Positions 7,483 to 16,112 of a stretch of 64,000 nt of DNA are shown here, piece after piece. The notes below the pieces were generated by a model that did no database searches, was not told where the DNA came from, and was given only the letters and a program-made list of their open reading frames with translations. Location: contig NZ_JACSRD010000202.1 of the NCBI RefSeq assembly GCF_014879935.1, positions 4,572 through 68,571 on the forward strand, written 5' to 3'. Numbering within the stretch: position 1 is the first letter of the stretch; each line of letters opens with the position of its first letter. The position numbers and the translations under genes are program-made. Source of the DNA: Prosthecobacter sp. Its GTDB lineage: Bacteria > Verrucomicrobiota > Verrucomicrobiia > Verrucomicrobiales > Verrucomicrobiaceae.

Positions 7483-8613
7483 TCATCCCAGATAAGCCGC
7501 CATCACCTGGGCGGCGTTTTCCCCCCAGTCAAAGCGTCGCGCATTTTCCAAACCAGCTCGCACGAGGTTCTCGCGACGCACGGGCGAGTCGGCGATGAAG
7601 CGCATCGCCTCCGCGATGTCGCCTGCATTGAGCGGATCGACGATCTGCGCGGCATGGGCCACGACTTCATCGAGCGATCCGGAGATGGAGCTGATCACCG
7701 GCGTGCCGCAGGCCATGGCCTCGACCGGCGGCAGGCCGAAACCTTCGAACAACGAAGGATAGATCATGCACGAGGCGGCGCGGTAGAGGTCCGGCAGCAC
7801 CGCGTCCTCGACAAAGCCGGTAAAGCGGATGTCGGCGGCGTTGGGGGAGGCTTTGGCGGCCGCATGGATGTGCTCCGCGCCGTGCCAGTCGCTCCCGGCC
7901 AGCACGAGCTGCCACGGGCTGTCCGAATGCTTCTTGAAGCGGTCGAAGGCCTCGATGAGGCGCACGTGGTTCTTCGCCGGATGTTCAAGCCGTGAGACGT
8001 AGAGGAAGAACGGTCGATCGAGCTGCCAGCGTGAGCGCACCCTTTCGTCGGCTGCTTGCGGGTCGCCAGGATTGAACCGGCCATGATCGATGCCGTTGAG
8101 GATGACCTTCTGCTGCTCCAGCGGGATGCCGAAGAAGCGCTCCACGTCACGCGCGGTGTTCGTGCTCACGGTGATGATCTGGTCCTGCCGTCGTGCGAGA
8201 TGTTTCACCACGACGCGGCCGTACAGCATGCGGGCCAGGTCGTATTTGCCCCGCACATGGAAAGGGGCCAGGTCATGAATCGTGGAGACGAGGCGGCTGG
8301 GAGCGGCCCGCAGCATGCGGCGGTAGCTGGGCACGTGCATCACATCGATCTGCTCGCGTGCCAGCCAGCCGGGCAGGATGGTTTGATGCCACAGGATGTT
8401 CTTCACGGCCGGACGCCAGCGTTCGGAGACGGGCACGATTTTCATGTGCTCACGGGCGAAGTCGAACAGCGGCAGGTCCTCCTCCAGCACGAGAAGGTGA
8501 AACTGCGCCTCGTGTGCATGCGCCATCAGCGCCCGCGTGAGCGCCAGCACATACTGGCCCACGCCGCTTTTGCCGCGCTGCATCACGCTGGTGGAGAGGG
8601 CGATCTTGATCAT
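7483..8613 (-). CDS. Glycosyltransferase family 4
   Basis: Start re-set to MIKIALSTSVMQRGKSGVGQYVLAL (ATG 8613, ATGA overlap with the upstream stop). C-terminus: YVSRLEHPAKNHVRLIEAF..YPSLFEGFGLPPVEAMACGTPVISS. Confidence 0.85.
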   Translation of the reverse strand: MIKIALSTSVMQRGKSGVGQYVLALTRALMAHAHEAQFHLLVLEEDLPLFDFAREHMKIVPVSERWRPAVKNILWHQTILPGWLAREQIDVMHVPSYRRMLRAAPSRLVSTIHDLAPFHVRGKYDLARMLYGRVVVKHLARRQDQIITVSTNTARDVERFFGIPLEQQKVILNGIDHGRFNPGDPQAADERVRSRWQLDRPFFLYVSRLEHPAKNHVRLIEAFDRFKKHSDSPWQLVLAGSDWHGAEHIHAAAKASPNAADIRFTGFVEDAVLPDLYRAASCMIYPSLFEGFGLPPVEAMACGTPVISSISGSLDEVVAHAAQIVDPLNAGDIAEAMRFIADSPVRRENLVRAGLENARRFDWGENAAQVMAAYLG

Positions 8614-10589
8614 GGGCGGGCGGATTTGTGGAAGATCAGCGAACTGGTCAGCTCCAGGATGGAACCGCAGCCAAACACGGCGAGATCGGCCGCGTAGCGC
8701 TTCAGCAAACGGCGTGGCTCCTGCAGCAGGCGGAAGACCCATTCGAGGCCGCATCGGCGCATCCACACCGGTGCGCGGCGCATCGAGCCGGCCAGGAAGT
8801 CGATCGTGGCCCCCACGCCGACGCTCACCGGCACCCCGAGCGCCTGGTAGTTCCGCGCGATCCATTTCTCCTGCTTCGGACAGCCGAAGGAGACGAGCAG
8901 GATGTCCGGTGCTGCCTCGCGGATGCGGCGGTTGATCGCGTCGTGGTTCATCTTGTCCAGGGGCGCGAACGGCGGGGAGTAAGCGCCCGCCACCTCAAGC
9001 TCCGGATACTGCGTCTCCACATTCCGCACGGCTTCGGCGAGCACGCCACGCTCGCCTCCGAGAAAAAAAACGCGCCAGCCTGCCTTCTCCGCCTTGGCGA
9101 GCAGTTCGGGAACGAGGTCGGATCCGGCCACGCGCTCCGGCAGCGGCCGCCCGAGCCATTTCGAGAGCCAGACGAGCGGGGTGCCGTCGCAGACGACCAT
9201 GTGCGCCTTGTCGAGGATGCGCCGCAGCTCCGTGTCGCGGGAGGATTGCACCAGGAAGTCCACGTTGGCCGTGGCGAGGTAATGCGGCTGACGGGAGGTC
9301 ACCATGTCGCCGATGCGTTCGACCGTCTGCGCCATGGTGACGACATCAAAGGGCACGTCCATGATGCGGATCTGGCGACGGCGGTCCGGTTCGAAGCGTG
9401 ATTCGATGGCGCGGCACAGTTTCGCGCCGATCTGACGCCAGCCGAAGCGTTCCCGGGCCGTGCGGATGCCATTCACGCGCAGATGCTCGCGCAGGGGTGG
9501 ATTCTGCAACGCACGGACGATCTGATCCGCGAAGGTTTCAATCGTGTCCGCCAGCAGGATGTTGGTGTCATGCTTCAAATCGAGGCCTTGGGCACCAATC
9601 GTCGTCGAAACGACCGGCGTGCCGATGGCGAGGCTCTCGACGATCTTCAAACGTGTGCCGCCGCCGATGCGCAGGGGCACCATTTGCAGCCACGAGCGAC
9701 GGTAGAAAGGCCGCACGTCCTCAACGCTGCCCGTGACGGTGACGCCGGGCCGCGTGGCGTAGGCCTGCACTTCCGGCAGGGGCGATTTGCCGACGATCAG
9801 CACCTGGAGATTCGGCACGGCCTTCAACACGCGTTCGTGAATGCCGCTGAAGAACCAGCGCAGCGCATCCACATTCGGCGTGTAGTCCATCGCGCCGCAG
9901 AACAGCACCGTGGGCTGTGCGGCCAGGGGGCCGGGTTCCGGGTCCGCTTTGAAGTAGTCGAGATCGACGCCGTTGGCGATCACCTGGAGCGGCACTTCCT
10001 GGCTGATGCGCTGACGCACAAAGACCTCGTCATCCGGTCCGCACAGCACCTGGAGCTGGCTGCGCCGCGCCACCTTGCGCTCAAAGAGCCACATCTTGGC
10101 CAGATGTTCGCCGGCGAGGAACTTGTCCTTGATGTTGTGGGTGTTGAACGCGGCCTGCTGCGTCTGGAACTGCAGATCCACGCGGCTGCGGTCGATGCTG
10201 AGCGGGATGTCCTTGTGCTCGTCGAGGAAATACTGGGCCAGGACGATGTCGCACACATGGACGAGGTCATAGCGCCGGCTTTTGACCTGCTGGCGGATGA
10301 CTTCGGCGATGTGCGGGAGCTGCCAGTGGCGGATCGACGAAGGGGTGAGGTTGAGAAGACGGTTCGGGAACAGTTTGGGCCACTGCGGATGCTGGAAGGG
10401 AACGAAGGTCACCTCGCGGCAGAAGGCTTCAAACACGGGCCGGTGTTCCAGGCGCTCGCCATTCTCGCTCAAGGCGATGAGGTCCACCGTGTGTTCGCGG
10501 GCCAGCTCGCGCAGGAGGTGGAAGGTGCGCTGATACGTTCCGCGGTCGATCGGATACGGAATGTAGGGGTAGATGACGAGAATGTTCAT
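8610..10589 (-). CDS. Bifunctional glycosyltransferase: N-terminal GT4 + C-terminal WecB/TagA/CpsF (GT26) domain
   Basis: GT4 part: MNILVIYPYIPYPIDRGTYQRTFHLL..FCGAMDYTPNVDAL..RIGGGTRLKIVESLAIGTPVVST. GT26 part: ATANVDFLVQS..VVCDGTPLVWLSKWLG..VAGSDL..FFLGG..SFGCPKQEKWI..GVGATIDFLAG..RAP.WMRR.GLEW.FRL. ATG 10589 is preferred; ATG 10604 is an alternative. Confidence 0.85.
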   Translation of the reverse strand: MNILVIYPYIPYPIDRGTYQRTFHLLRELAREHTVDLIALSENGERLEHRPVFEAFCREVTFVPFQHPQWPKLFPNRLLNLTPSSIRHWQLPHIAEVIRQQVKSRRYDLVHVCDIVLAQYFLDEHKDIPLSIDRSRVDLQFQTQQAAFNTHNIKDKFLAGEHLAKMWLFERKVARRSQLQVLCGPDDEVFVRQRISQEVPLQVIANGVDLDYFKADPEPGPLAAQPTVLFCGAMDYTPNVDALRWFFSGIHERVLKAVPNLQVLIVGKSPLPEVQAYATRPGVTVTGSVEDVRPFYRRSWLQMVPLRIGGGTRLKIVESLAIGTPVVSTTIGAQGLDLKHDTNILLADTIETFADQIVRALQNPPLREHLRVNGIRTARERFGWRQIGAKLCRAIESRFEPDRRRQIRIMDVPFDVVTMAQTVERIGDMVTSRQPHYLATANVDFLVQSSRDTELRRILDKAHMVVCDGTPLVWLSKWLGRPLPERVAGSDLVPELLAKAEKAGWRVFFLGGERGVLAEAVRNVETQYPELEVAGAYSPPFAPLDKMNHDAINRRIREAAPDILLVSFGCPKQEKWIARNYQALGVPVSVGVGATIDFLAGSMRRAPVWMRRCGLEWVFRLLQEPRRLLKRYAADLAVFGCGSILELTSSLIFHKSARP

Positions 10590-10630
10590 GGGGTGCGTCT
10601 TCATTCTGCGTGCTGCGACTCAGCTTTGCA

Positions 10631-10649
10631 TCGCCCGCAAGTGAGGGGG
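10631..10649 (-). promoter_or_regulatory. Conserved upstream motif, copy 3, diverged (CTCACTTGCGGGCGATGCAAA)
   Basis: Starts 1 nt after the stop (10650-10652) of the preceding gene and lies 41 nt upstream of ATG 10589. A CAGAAT hexamer sits 17 nt downstream of ATGCAA. Confidence 0.4.
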
Positions 10650-11714
10650 CTAGTTGAAGCGATGCCAGAGGGTCGTGTAGGACTGGATGCGCTGGCTGGT
10701 GACTGGAAGGTCGTCCCACAGCATCAGGCACAGCGCGTGCAGCAGCGACTCACGTGGATGCCGTTCGATCGGCTGCGGCACGCCAAGCGGCACATGGGGC
10801 ATGCGCAGGTGCTGAAGGATGTTCTTCCACAATGGCTGCTCCGGGCACTTGTTGTCGCCGTTGTGGGCGTATTCGCAGATGGAGGCGAAGGGGGTCCGCA
10901 GCCGACGTCCTTCGATTTCGAGGAAGAGGCTGTGCGCAAGCGCGGCAACCTCCGCATGCAGTGTTGCGAGGTCCTCCCGGTTCTGCGTGGAGCGCTGTGG
11001 ATGCAGTTTGAACTCCACGCCGATGGCGTGATGCCGGCGCAGGGCCGCATCCGCCTGGAGGCGCTGATGCCTCTCGCGACAGCTCCAGTGATAACGGCCT
11101 TCCGCCGCCAGCAGCGCATCTCCGAGCGCGAGCTGGGCCTTGGCGATGTTGCGGGCGACGAAGTCGGCGTCGTCGGGTGTGAAAACGCTGCGCTGGAGGC
11201 GCTCCCGGGCGAAAAGCAGACCGGAGCAGCGGTTGAAGAGCAGGCGCGTGGCCTCGCGCAGCGGAATGAGTGACGCGTCGCGATGATGCGCGGTTCCTTC
11301 GAGCAGCCGGTCATCGCCAATGAGCCAGCGATGGCCCATGACGAGATCGTAGTAGAACATGCTGGTCTGCGCGCGGCGCAGTTCGTCGGCGGAGATCACC
11401 TTGAACTCCACTTCCACGCCGGCGGAAGGCGTCAGACGTTCTCCGAGCGCGTGCAGCTTCTTCTTGAAACGACGCTCGTTCAGAAACGTGCTGCCGCGGA
11501 CAAAGACGAAGAACTCGATGTCGTTGTAGGGCTCGTCACTGCCCGCTGTGCGCAAAACGCCGCCTTCTCCGCGGCCGTAGCCACCGGCGAGGGCGAGGCC
11601 TTCGAGCTTCGCGGCGGGGATGAGCGCTTTCACGCCTTCCCGCACGTCGTCGCAGACTTTGGCAAGGTGCTGCTCCAGCGCGTCGCTGCCATCCAGGGTG
11701 AAACGAGTGCTCAT
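10650..11714 (-). CDS. Predicted nucleotidyltransferase (Pol-beta-fold, GlnD/GlnE-like GGYGRGE..DIE motif) with a helical C-terminal domain; function unknown
   Basis: LEGLALAGGYGRGEGGVLRTAGSDEPYNDIEFFVFV matches the G-[GS]..D-h-[DE]-h minimal NTase motif with a longer loop. The rest is predicted helical. It is translationally coupled (ATGA overlap at 11711-11714) to the upstream GT4. Confidence 0.6.
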   Translation of the reverse strand: MSTRFTLDGSDALEQHLAKVCDDVREGVKALIPAAKLEGLALAGGYGRGEGGVLRTAGSDEPYNDIEFFVFVRGSTFLNERRFKKKLHALGERLTPSAGVEVEFKVISADELRRAQTSMFYYDLVMGHRWLIGDDRLLEGTAHHRDASLIPLREATRLLFNRCSGLLFARERLQRSVFTPDDADFVARNIAKAQLALGDALLAAEGRYHWSCRERHQRLQADAALRRHHAIGVEFKLHPQRSTQNREDLATLHAEVAALAHSLFLEIEGRRLRTPFASICEYAHNGDNKCPEQPLWKNILQHLRMPHVPLGVPQPIERHPRESLLHALCLMLWDDLPVTSQRIQSYTTLWHRFN

Positions 11715-12925
11715 GCGGCCAGGAATTCCTCCACTTGGTCAACGATCGGCTCCATGGCGAAGCGGCGGCGGACCTCCTCGTGGCCGTTGATGGTGATGCG
11801 GTTGCGCAGCGCGGCATCTTTTTGCAGCAGGCGGATGCGCTCGGCCAGATGGCCCGCATCGCCCGCGTCGTAGGTGAGTGCGTTGTCGGCATGGCGGAAG
11901 AGCTCGCGGCTTCCGCCGGTCAGTGTGCCGATGACCGGAAGACCGCAGCTCATGGCCTCCAGCGGTGTGAGCGCGAAGGGTTCCTCCCACTCCGAGGTGA
12001 ACAGGAGGGCATCGTGGCTGCGATAGATCGCCGGCATCTGGTCCGGCGTGGCGCTGTGCCAGGAGACGGGCAGGTGATGCTCCTCGGCGAAGCGTTTCAA
12101 GCCGTCCACGTAGCTGGCGTCGCCCTTGCCATAGACACGCAGTTCGCCATGAAAATTCTCCTTCAGCAGCGCCAGCGCACGGAGGGCGGTGTGGATGCCT
12201 TTGTCCTCCGCCAAACGGCCGACCCAGAGCCAGCGCCGTGGATCGCGCAGGGCGGGGGAGCCGCTGAAGTGCTCCGTATCCACCGGGCAGTGGATCACAC
12301 CGCCATGACCGACATCGTAGCCCTGCTGCGCGGTGAGCTCGCGAAGCCGGGCGCTGGTGAAGTAGAGACGTGGAAAGCGGATGTCGCTGACCGGGTTCGT
12401 GGGGGCGAGCGGACTGAGACGTCGCTGGCGGCCCAGCAGGGTCCACACCAGGCGCTGCGCCTGGGCACCGAGCGAGCCTTCGCGGCGGTTCCACCAGTCG
12501 AGCCACACATCCGCCTTCAGGCTGCGGAGGATCCAGTGATCGCTCACATCATACACCACGCGCACGCCCAACTGCTGCAGCGTGAGGCAGAGCGACTTCG
12601 AAAGGCCGTTCATGCACCACACATGCACGACGTCCGGCCGGAAGTCCGCGATGTGCCTGCGCAGCGTGTCATTGTTGTGAATCTCCAGGTGCTGGAGCTC
12701 GCTGAGCGGCAGCCAGGGGTGCCCGTAGTAGCCATGGACGCGGAGCTGGCGGTGCACATGCGGCTGACCGGCCGGTGGCGGGGCGGAGTCGAGGCCGTGA
12801 TCGCTGGTCAGCACGCGGATTTCGTGACCCCGGGCCTGCAAGGCCTCGGTGATGGCGGCGCAGCGGAGTTCGTAACCGCCGACGTAGAAGGGCGGGTAGA
12901 GATTGGTGAGCGTGAGGATGCGCAT
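11711..12925 (-). CDS. Glycosyltransferase family 4
   Basis: Start re-set to MRILTLTNLYPPFYVGGYELRCAAITEAL (ATG 12925). WVGRLAEDKGIHTALRALA..FTSEWEEPFALTPLEAMSCGLPVIGT. Confidence 0.85.
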   Translation of the reverse strand: MRILTLTNLYPPFYVGGYELRCAAITEALQARGHEIRVLTSDHGLDSAPPPAGQPHVHRQLRVHGYYGHPWLPLSELQHLEIHNNDTLRRHIADFRPDVVHVWCMNGLSKSLCLTLQQLGVRVVYDVSDHWILRSLKADVWLDWWNRREGSLGAQAQRLVWTLLGRQRRLSPLAPTNPVSDIRFPRLYFTSARLRELTAQQGYDVGHGGVIHCPVDTEHFSGSPALRDPRRWLWVGRLAEDKGIHTALRALALLKENFHGELRVYGKGDASYVDGLKRFAEEHHLPVSWHSATPDQMPAIYRSHDALLFTSEWEEPFALTPLEAMSCGLPVIGTLTGGSRELFRHADNALTYDAGDAGHLAERIRLLQKDAALRNRITINGHEEVRRRFAMEPIVDQVEEFLAA

Positions 12926-12972
12926 GGGGCAGGAAAGCACCGGGACGCTCAGGGCAGGAGTCGCGGCTGTCA

Positions 12973-12990
12973 GTCCCCCCAAGTGCGGGT
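12973..12990 (-). promoter_or_regulatory. Conserved upstream motif, copy 4 (CGCACTTGGGGGGACTGACAG)
   Basis: 47 nt upstream of ATG 12925, in the 71-nt divergent gap shared with the plus-strand kinase. Confidence 0.4.
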
Positions 12991-12996
12991 GCATTG

Positions 12997-14874
12997 ATGT
13001 GGAGGCACTTTCGCAAAGCGTGCTTATGGTGTGCCTCTGTTCATCAAACCGTGCCCGAAAAACGCCTCCCAACTGCTGCTCCACCCTCCCACCAGCTCCC
13101 CTGGCTCTCGTGGCATCCCGGCCTCGTCGGCCTGGTGACGTTTCTGCTGGTGGTCGTGCCGTTGCTGATCGCGGTGTGGAACATGCATTCCCAGGCGGAC
13201 CGCATTCTGAAGGCGACGATCCAGGAGCAGCTCCTGAGTTCGGCGCGGGTGCTGGCCCAGTCGGTGGATCCTGATGTCCACGCCACCTTGAAGAAGGCGG
13301 AGCAGGAGAAGTCACCGCAGTATGAAGCGCTGGTGCGTCGCATGGAACAGGCCCGTTCGACGATCGACACCGTGCGCATGATCAAGTTCAGCTACACCTG
13401 CGTGCTCGACGGTGATGACGTGCGTTTCGTCGTCGATACCACTCCGGAGGGCGATGCCGACCACGATGGCACGGAGGACAAGGCGCACCTGATGGAGCTC
13501 TACGAGCACCCGAGCCCCACGCTGCGCCATGTTTTGCTCAACGGTGTGGCCATGGTGGACCAGAAACCCTACTCCGACCGCTGGGGCACCTTCATGAGCG
13601 CCTTCGCGCCGATCATTGATGCCCGACGCCAGGTGGTGGGCGCGACGGGCGTGGACGTCTCCCTGGAAGATTTTGAACTGCAACGCTCCGGTCTCCGCCA
13701 TGTGGCCACCTTGAGCGCCTTCGGCGTCATTTTCCTGGCCTACCTGGCCGGTCACGGCATGGCAGGCTATCACAGTCGCCTGAAAAGCTCGGTGCAGAGC
13801 CTCATGAAGGCGAATGAGGCGGCGATGACTGCGGAACGGGTGAAGAACGACTTCCTCGGTGCGATGAGCCATGAACTGCGCACGCCGCTGAACGCGGTGC
13901 TGGGCATGTCGGAGATGCTGGCGCAGACAAAGCTCGACGCCTCGCAGCAGGAGATGATCACCACGGTGCAGCGCTCCGGCGAGTCGCTGCTGGGCACGCT
14001 GACGAGCATCCTGGAGTTCACGCAGCTCGATGGCGGGCGCTCGCAGGTGAAAGCGGAGGAGACACACCTCGACACGCTGCTGCAGGAGGTGCAGAAGCCC
14101 CACGAGGCGGCCCTGCGGGAGAAGGGATTGACCGTGGTCCACCAGATTGAGGAGAACTGCCCGCCTTTCTTCACCGCGCAGACGGCCCTGATCCGCCAGG
14201 TGCTGTCCCACCTCGTTTCAAACGCGATCAAATTCACCGACACCGGTGGAATCGAGATCCGAGTGAAGGCCACGAGGCATGACACGGGCGGCGGCAGGCT
14301 GCACTTTGAAGTGCGGGACACGGGCATCGGCATCGCGGGGCATCATGTCACGCGTTTGTTCGAGCCGCTGTTCCAGGCCGATGGCGGCACCACGCGCCGT
14401 CACGGCGGCACTGGCATGGGACTGGCGCTGTGCAAGCGGCTGTGTGATGCGATGAAGGCCCACATCTGGGCGGAGTCGAAGCCAGGCCAGGGCAGTTCAT
14501 TCCACGTGGACGTTCCTGTGGAGGTCTTCCGCACCATCGTGGTGTCCGCCAGTCCGCTGGCCTTCGTCTGGACGCATGATTCGACGGCCCGCATGCTGGC
14601 CACCCGTGTGATCGAAAAAAATGGCAGCGTGGTGCACGCCGTGAACTCCCTGGGAGAGCTGAAAAACCACGCGCAGCTCACTGAGGCCGCGTTTCTCGTG
14701 ATCGACGCTCATGAGGCTTCGGCAGAGACGGTGGCGGAGCTTCGCGGACTCGCGAAGGCGGCGCGTCTGATCGTCATCCACGGCCAGACGGAGCCGAACA
14801 GCCATCCTGCGGCCGATGTGATCGTGCCCGCGCCGGTGAAGCCGGCGGATCTGCGCAAGGCGCTGGAGTTGTAG
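12997..14874 (+). CDS. Membrane sensor histidine kinase with a periplasmic Cache/PDC-like domain and a C-terminal receiver-like tail
   Basis: TM GLVGLVTFLLVVVPLLIAVW. Periplasmic region: ..FSYTCVLDGDDVRFVVDTTPEGD..YSDRWGTFMSAFAPI. HisKA: FLGAMSHELRTPLNAVLGMSEML. HATPase_c: LVSNAIKFT, VRDTGIGI, GGTGMGLALCKRL. The track start is TTG 12994; the first ATG, 12997, is used. Confidence 0.85.
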   Translation: MWRHFRKACLWCASVHQTVPEKRLPTAAPPSHQLPWLSWHPGLVGLVTFLLVVVPLLIAVWNMHSQADRILKATIQEQLLSSARVLAQSVDPDVHATLKKAEQEKSPQYEALVRRMEQARSTIDTVRMIKFSYTCVLDGDDVRFVVDTTPEGDADHDGTEDKAHLMELYEHPSPTLRHVLLNGVAMVDQKPYSDRWGTFMSAFAPIIDARRQVVGATGVDVSLEDFELQRSGLRHVATLSAFGVIFLAYLAGHGMAGYHSRLKSSVQSLMKANEAAMTAERVKNDFLGAMSHELRTPLNAVLGMSEMLAQTKLDASQQEMITTVQRSGESLLGTLTSILEFTQLDGGRSQVKAEETHLDTLLQEVQKPHEAALREKGLTVVHQIEENCPPFFTAQTALIRQVLSHLVSNAIKFTDTGGIEIRVKATRHDTGGGRLHFEVRDTGIGIAGHHVTRLFEPLFQADGGTTRRHGGTGMGLALCKRLCDAMKAHIWAESKPGQGSSFHVDVPVEVFRTIVVSASPLAFVWTHDSTARMLATRVIEKNGSVVHAVNSLGELKNHAQLTEAAFLVIDAHEASAETVAELRGLAKAARLIVIHGQTEPNSHPAADVIVPAPVKPADLRKALEL

Positions 14875-15010
14875 CTCAGTTCAGGAGAGGCGACAGAACG
14901 CTCGTATCCCGCATTCCTCACCGCACTGGTCACAGGCTGCGGCAACCTGTGATCTGGCTCGGATACGATTACGAGGATCCGAGGCGGTGTTTTGAAAGTC
15001 TCCCTGCATG

Positions 15011-15238
15011 TGCCGCAGAGCGGCAGCGGTCTCGTAGCCCGGCCTTTCAAGGCCGGGAGGCCTTGCGCGACATGCCATTGATCTCAGACCGCGTCGCAGT
15101 GCGACGCTCGAACCGTCCATGGGACAGTGGCAGGTTCGCGTGTCGCTCTGCGACACATCCTGGCAGGCGAAAGTAATGCGCTTTGCCATCTTCCCGGCCT
15201 TGAAAGGCCGGGCAACGCCACGGTCGTCGCGCCGCGAC
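15011..15238. repeat. Cluster of six short GC-rich hairpins, including an inverted pair of the 22-mer gcccggcctttcaaggccggga
   Basis: 15011-15025 tgccgc-aga-gcggca; 15038-15057 cccggcc-tttcaa-ggccggg; 15091-15107 gcgtcgca-g-tgcgacgc; 15140-15156 gtgtcgc-tct-gcgacac; 15193-15212 cccggcc-ttgaaa-ggccggg (exact reverse complement of the second hairpin); 15226-15238 gtcgcg-c-cgcgac. All lie in the 389-nt gap between convergent genes. Confidence 0.7.
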
Positions 15239-15263
15239 TTTTCTGCACGTTTTCAAACACGAG

Positions 15264-16112
15264 CTACGCGGTGCGGAAGCCGGTGTATTTGCCGAGGCGC
15301 TGATTCCAGCGGATGCGCAGCGCGTGGAGGAACTCTGACAGGCGTTTGTTCCGCCTGCACCAGCGCAGATCGTGCCGTGCGTCGCTCAGCAGGCCGAGCA
15401 GCACGGTCTTGGTCCAGCGGCGGTCCTTCGCGGAGATGCTTCCGGCCTGGGCAAAGGCACGGGCGTCGCCATGGGCGCGTTTGCGGGCCTGGGCGGGGGT
15501 GTAGTTGTGGCTGTGCATGGCCACGGACTCGGGCACGTAGCGGATGTGGTAGCCGTTCGCTTTGCACCAGCGCGTGTATTCGTCGTCTTCGGCGTATTGC
15601 AGATCCTCGCGGAAGCCGCGTTGCGCCCACACGTCCTTCCGCAGGCCGCTGCTGACCATGCTGAAAAAGTGATCCCAGGTGGAGGATTCCCGCTGCGGGC
15701 CGAAGCAGCGGTCGTAGTCGCAGGCGAAGACGGCCTCGCAGTCCGGGCGGGGGATCTGGCGGCTGAAGCACGCGGCGGTCTTTTTGTCGAGCAGTGCATC
15801 AGCGAGCGGTCGCAGCCAGTTCGGCCCTTGGGGCGTGGCGTCGGCGTTCAGGAACAGCACGCGGTCGGATTTCGCCAGGCGCATGCCGTGGTTCATGACT
15901 CGGCTGGGATTGTATTCCTGCGGCGTGATCTGGATGAAGTGGGCCGGGCTGGCCGCGTGGATGAGGTCCTGCGAGCCATCGCTGCTGCCGCTGTCGATCA
16001 CGATGAGCTCAAAGGGCGCGTAGGCCTGCGCGGCGAGTGCGGGCAGTGTCTCCTTCAGCGCCCAGGCCTCGTTGTAAGAGCGCATGACGATGCTGATGAG
16101 GGGATCGCTCAT
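15264..16112 (-). CDS. Glycosyltransferase family 2
   Basis: ISIVMRSYNEAWALKETLPALAAQ..FELIVIDSGSSDGS..VLFLNADA: a GT-A N-terminal nucleotide-binding pattern. Confidence 0.85.
   Translation of the reverse strand: MSDPLISIVMRSYNEAWALKETLPALAAQAYAPFELIVIDSGSSDGSQDLIHAASPAHFIQITPQEYNPSRVMNHGMRLAKSDRVLFLNADATPQGPNWLRPLADALLDKKTAACFSRQIPRPDCEAVFACDYDRCFGPQRESSTWDHFFSMVSSGLRKDVWAQRGFREDLQYAEDDEYTRWCKANGYHIRYVPESVAMHSHNYTPAQARKRAHGDARAFAQAGSISAKDRRWTKTVLLGLLSDARHDLRWCRRNKRLSEFLHALRIRWNQRLGKYTGFRTA

Noticed and set aside
14865-14925. A functional tRNA gene downstream of the Cache-type kinase
   Set aside because: The D-arm-like and T-arm/acceptor-like blocks are present. But there is no anticodon arm, the putative acceptor strands (GGAGTTG and TTCCTCA) cannot pair, and the T-stem is not complementary. 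It is kept only as a possible remnant (see findings).
15038-15212. The strong CCCGGCC/GGCCGGG hairpins as bidirectional intrinsic terminators for the convergent genes
   Set aside because: Neither hairpin is followed by a U-run on either strand. This contrasts with the two clear terminators at 19038-19075 and 30528-30567. A Rho-dependent or RNA-stabilising role cannot be excluded.
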